From Octopus vulgaris (lineage: Eukaryota), in contig OX597821.1 in the NCBI GenBank assembly GCA_951406725.2, positions 58,342,001-58,406,000 on the forward strand: a DNA stretch of 64,000 nucleotides, written 5' to 3'. The first letter of the stretch is position 1. Every line of letters begins with the position of its first letter. Below the pieces are notes generated by a model. The model was given only the letters and a program-made list of their open reading frames with translations. It was not told the DNA's origin and did no database searches. Shown here one piece after another: positions 63,050-64,000 of the stretch. The position numbers and the translations under genes are program-made.

Positions 63050-63520
63050 TGCCGTGGCCGATGCCAGTATGGCCTGACTGGCACCCGTGTCGGTGGCATG
63101 TAAAAAGCACCATTTGAGTGTGGTCGATGCCACTGCTGCCTGACCAATCCCATGCTGGTGGCACATAAAAAGCACCATTTGAGCATGGTCATTGCCACTG
63201 CTGCCTGGCTCCTGTGTTGGTGGCACGTAAAAACACCATTCAAGCATGGTTGTTGCTAGTGCCGCCTGACTGGCTCCCGTACCAGTGGCACTTAAAAGCA
63301 CTATTCAAGTGTGGTCAACACCGGTACCACCTGACTAGCCTGCGTGCCGGTGGAATGTAAAAAGCACCCACTACACTCTGAGTGGTTGGCGTTAGGAAGG
63401 GCATCCAGCTGTAGAAACTTTGCCAGATCAGATTGGAGCCTGATGCAGCCTTCTGGCTTGTCAAACTGTCCAACCCATCCCAGCATGGAAAGCGAATGTT
63501 AAAAGACGATGATGATGATG
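63050..63520 (+). mobile_element. RTE 3'UTR fragment with 5-6 tandem subrepeats of about 60 bp and a (GAT)n tail
   Basis: Repeated ggtggcacgtaaaaagcaccatttgagtgtggtc...gcctgactggc units, then ggttggcgttaggaagggcatccagctgtagaaac. Confidence 0.85.
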
Positions 63521-64000
63521 TGCCTGCACAAATATGCATTATACAATATAGTTGTACATTTACAAATCAATGCACTAATGCTTCATTGCATATTAGTGCA
63601 GACATGTGAAATAACTTATACACTGAAATTATTATTACATGAAGAAGGCTGCGAAACGGCTGTAATCCTAAGTATAACAAGTAGTTTATAATTGTATTCA
63701 CCTTTTCATACCTTCTGACGTTTTATGGTTTATATATTCCTCATGAATTCATTTCATCAATTGGATCTCCTGGATTTCAGCTGCATAAAACGCTGTGCTA
63801 TACTCCTCTGTGTTGGGTTACTGTGTGGTATGATAGCCGGATCCTCTGGAGGAGCTTTCTGTGATAGCCACATGGTTCTATGAATCCATATATTGCAAAT
63901 TTATACACACGCGCGTGTGCATACACACATAGTGGCTTTCTTTCAGCTTCCGCCTACCAAATCCATTCACAAGCCTTTGCTTAAAGTGCTGCACAGTGGG

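Noticed and set aside
304-63691. Most ORFs in the six-frame track (VCVC, YIYI, HTHT, poly-D/I/L/M peptides; SINE-derived ORFs)
   Set aside because: They are translations of microsatellites and non-coding repeats with no protein-family signal.

Overview
AT-rich, repeat-saturated animal genomic DNA, most likely a coleoid cephalopod (Octopus-like). The taxon is inferred from the SINE/RTE families and microsatellite load, not proven. There are no prokaryotic features. One gene is clearly recognisable: coding exon 1 of ALYREF/THOC4 (+, 53953-54204), preceded by ZNF143/Staf-like and YY1-like motifs; I found no exon 2 in the window. A second, unidentified gene probably runs divergently on the minus strand from a promoter near 35.3 kb. 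It can be assembled from an ATG|gtaagt exon plus candidate microexons of 11, 28, 24 and 12 nt spread over 34 kb, giving an open frame MSCSCVHVDIACLQEPMDANMKLSIH (a post-hoc model that needs RNA-seq). The rest is transposon debris: several tRNA-derived SINE families, RTE LINE fragments and tails, a CRE-like RLE retrotransposon, CR1-like fragments, Tc1/mariner remnants, hAT MITEs and two Helitrons (one with 23-aa STPR-like repeats). There are also several small Penelope-type elements with minimal hammerhead-ribozyme motifs, including a tRNA-headed inverted dimer and a family with a variant CUGUUGA core. Almost all ORFs in the supplied track are spurious (microsatellite or TE derived). Repeat boundaries were read by eye and are approximate unless termini are quoted.
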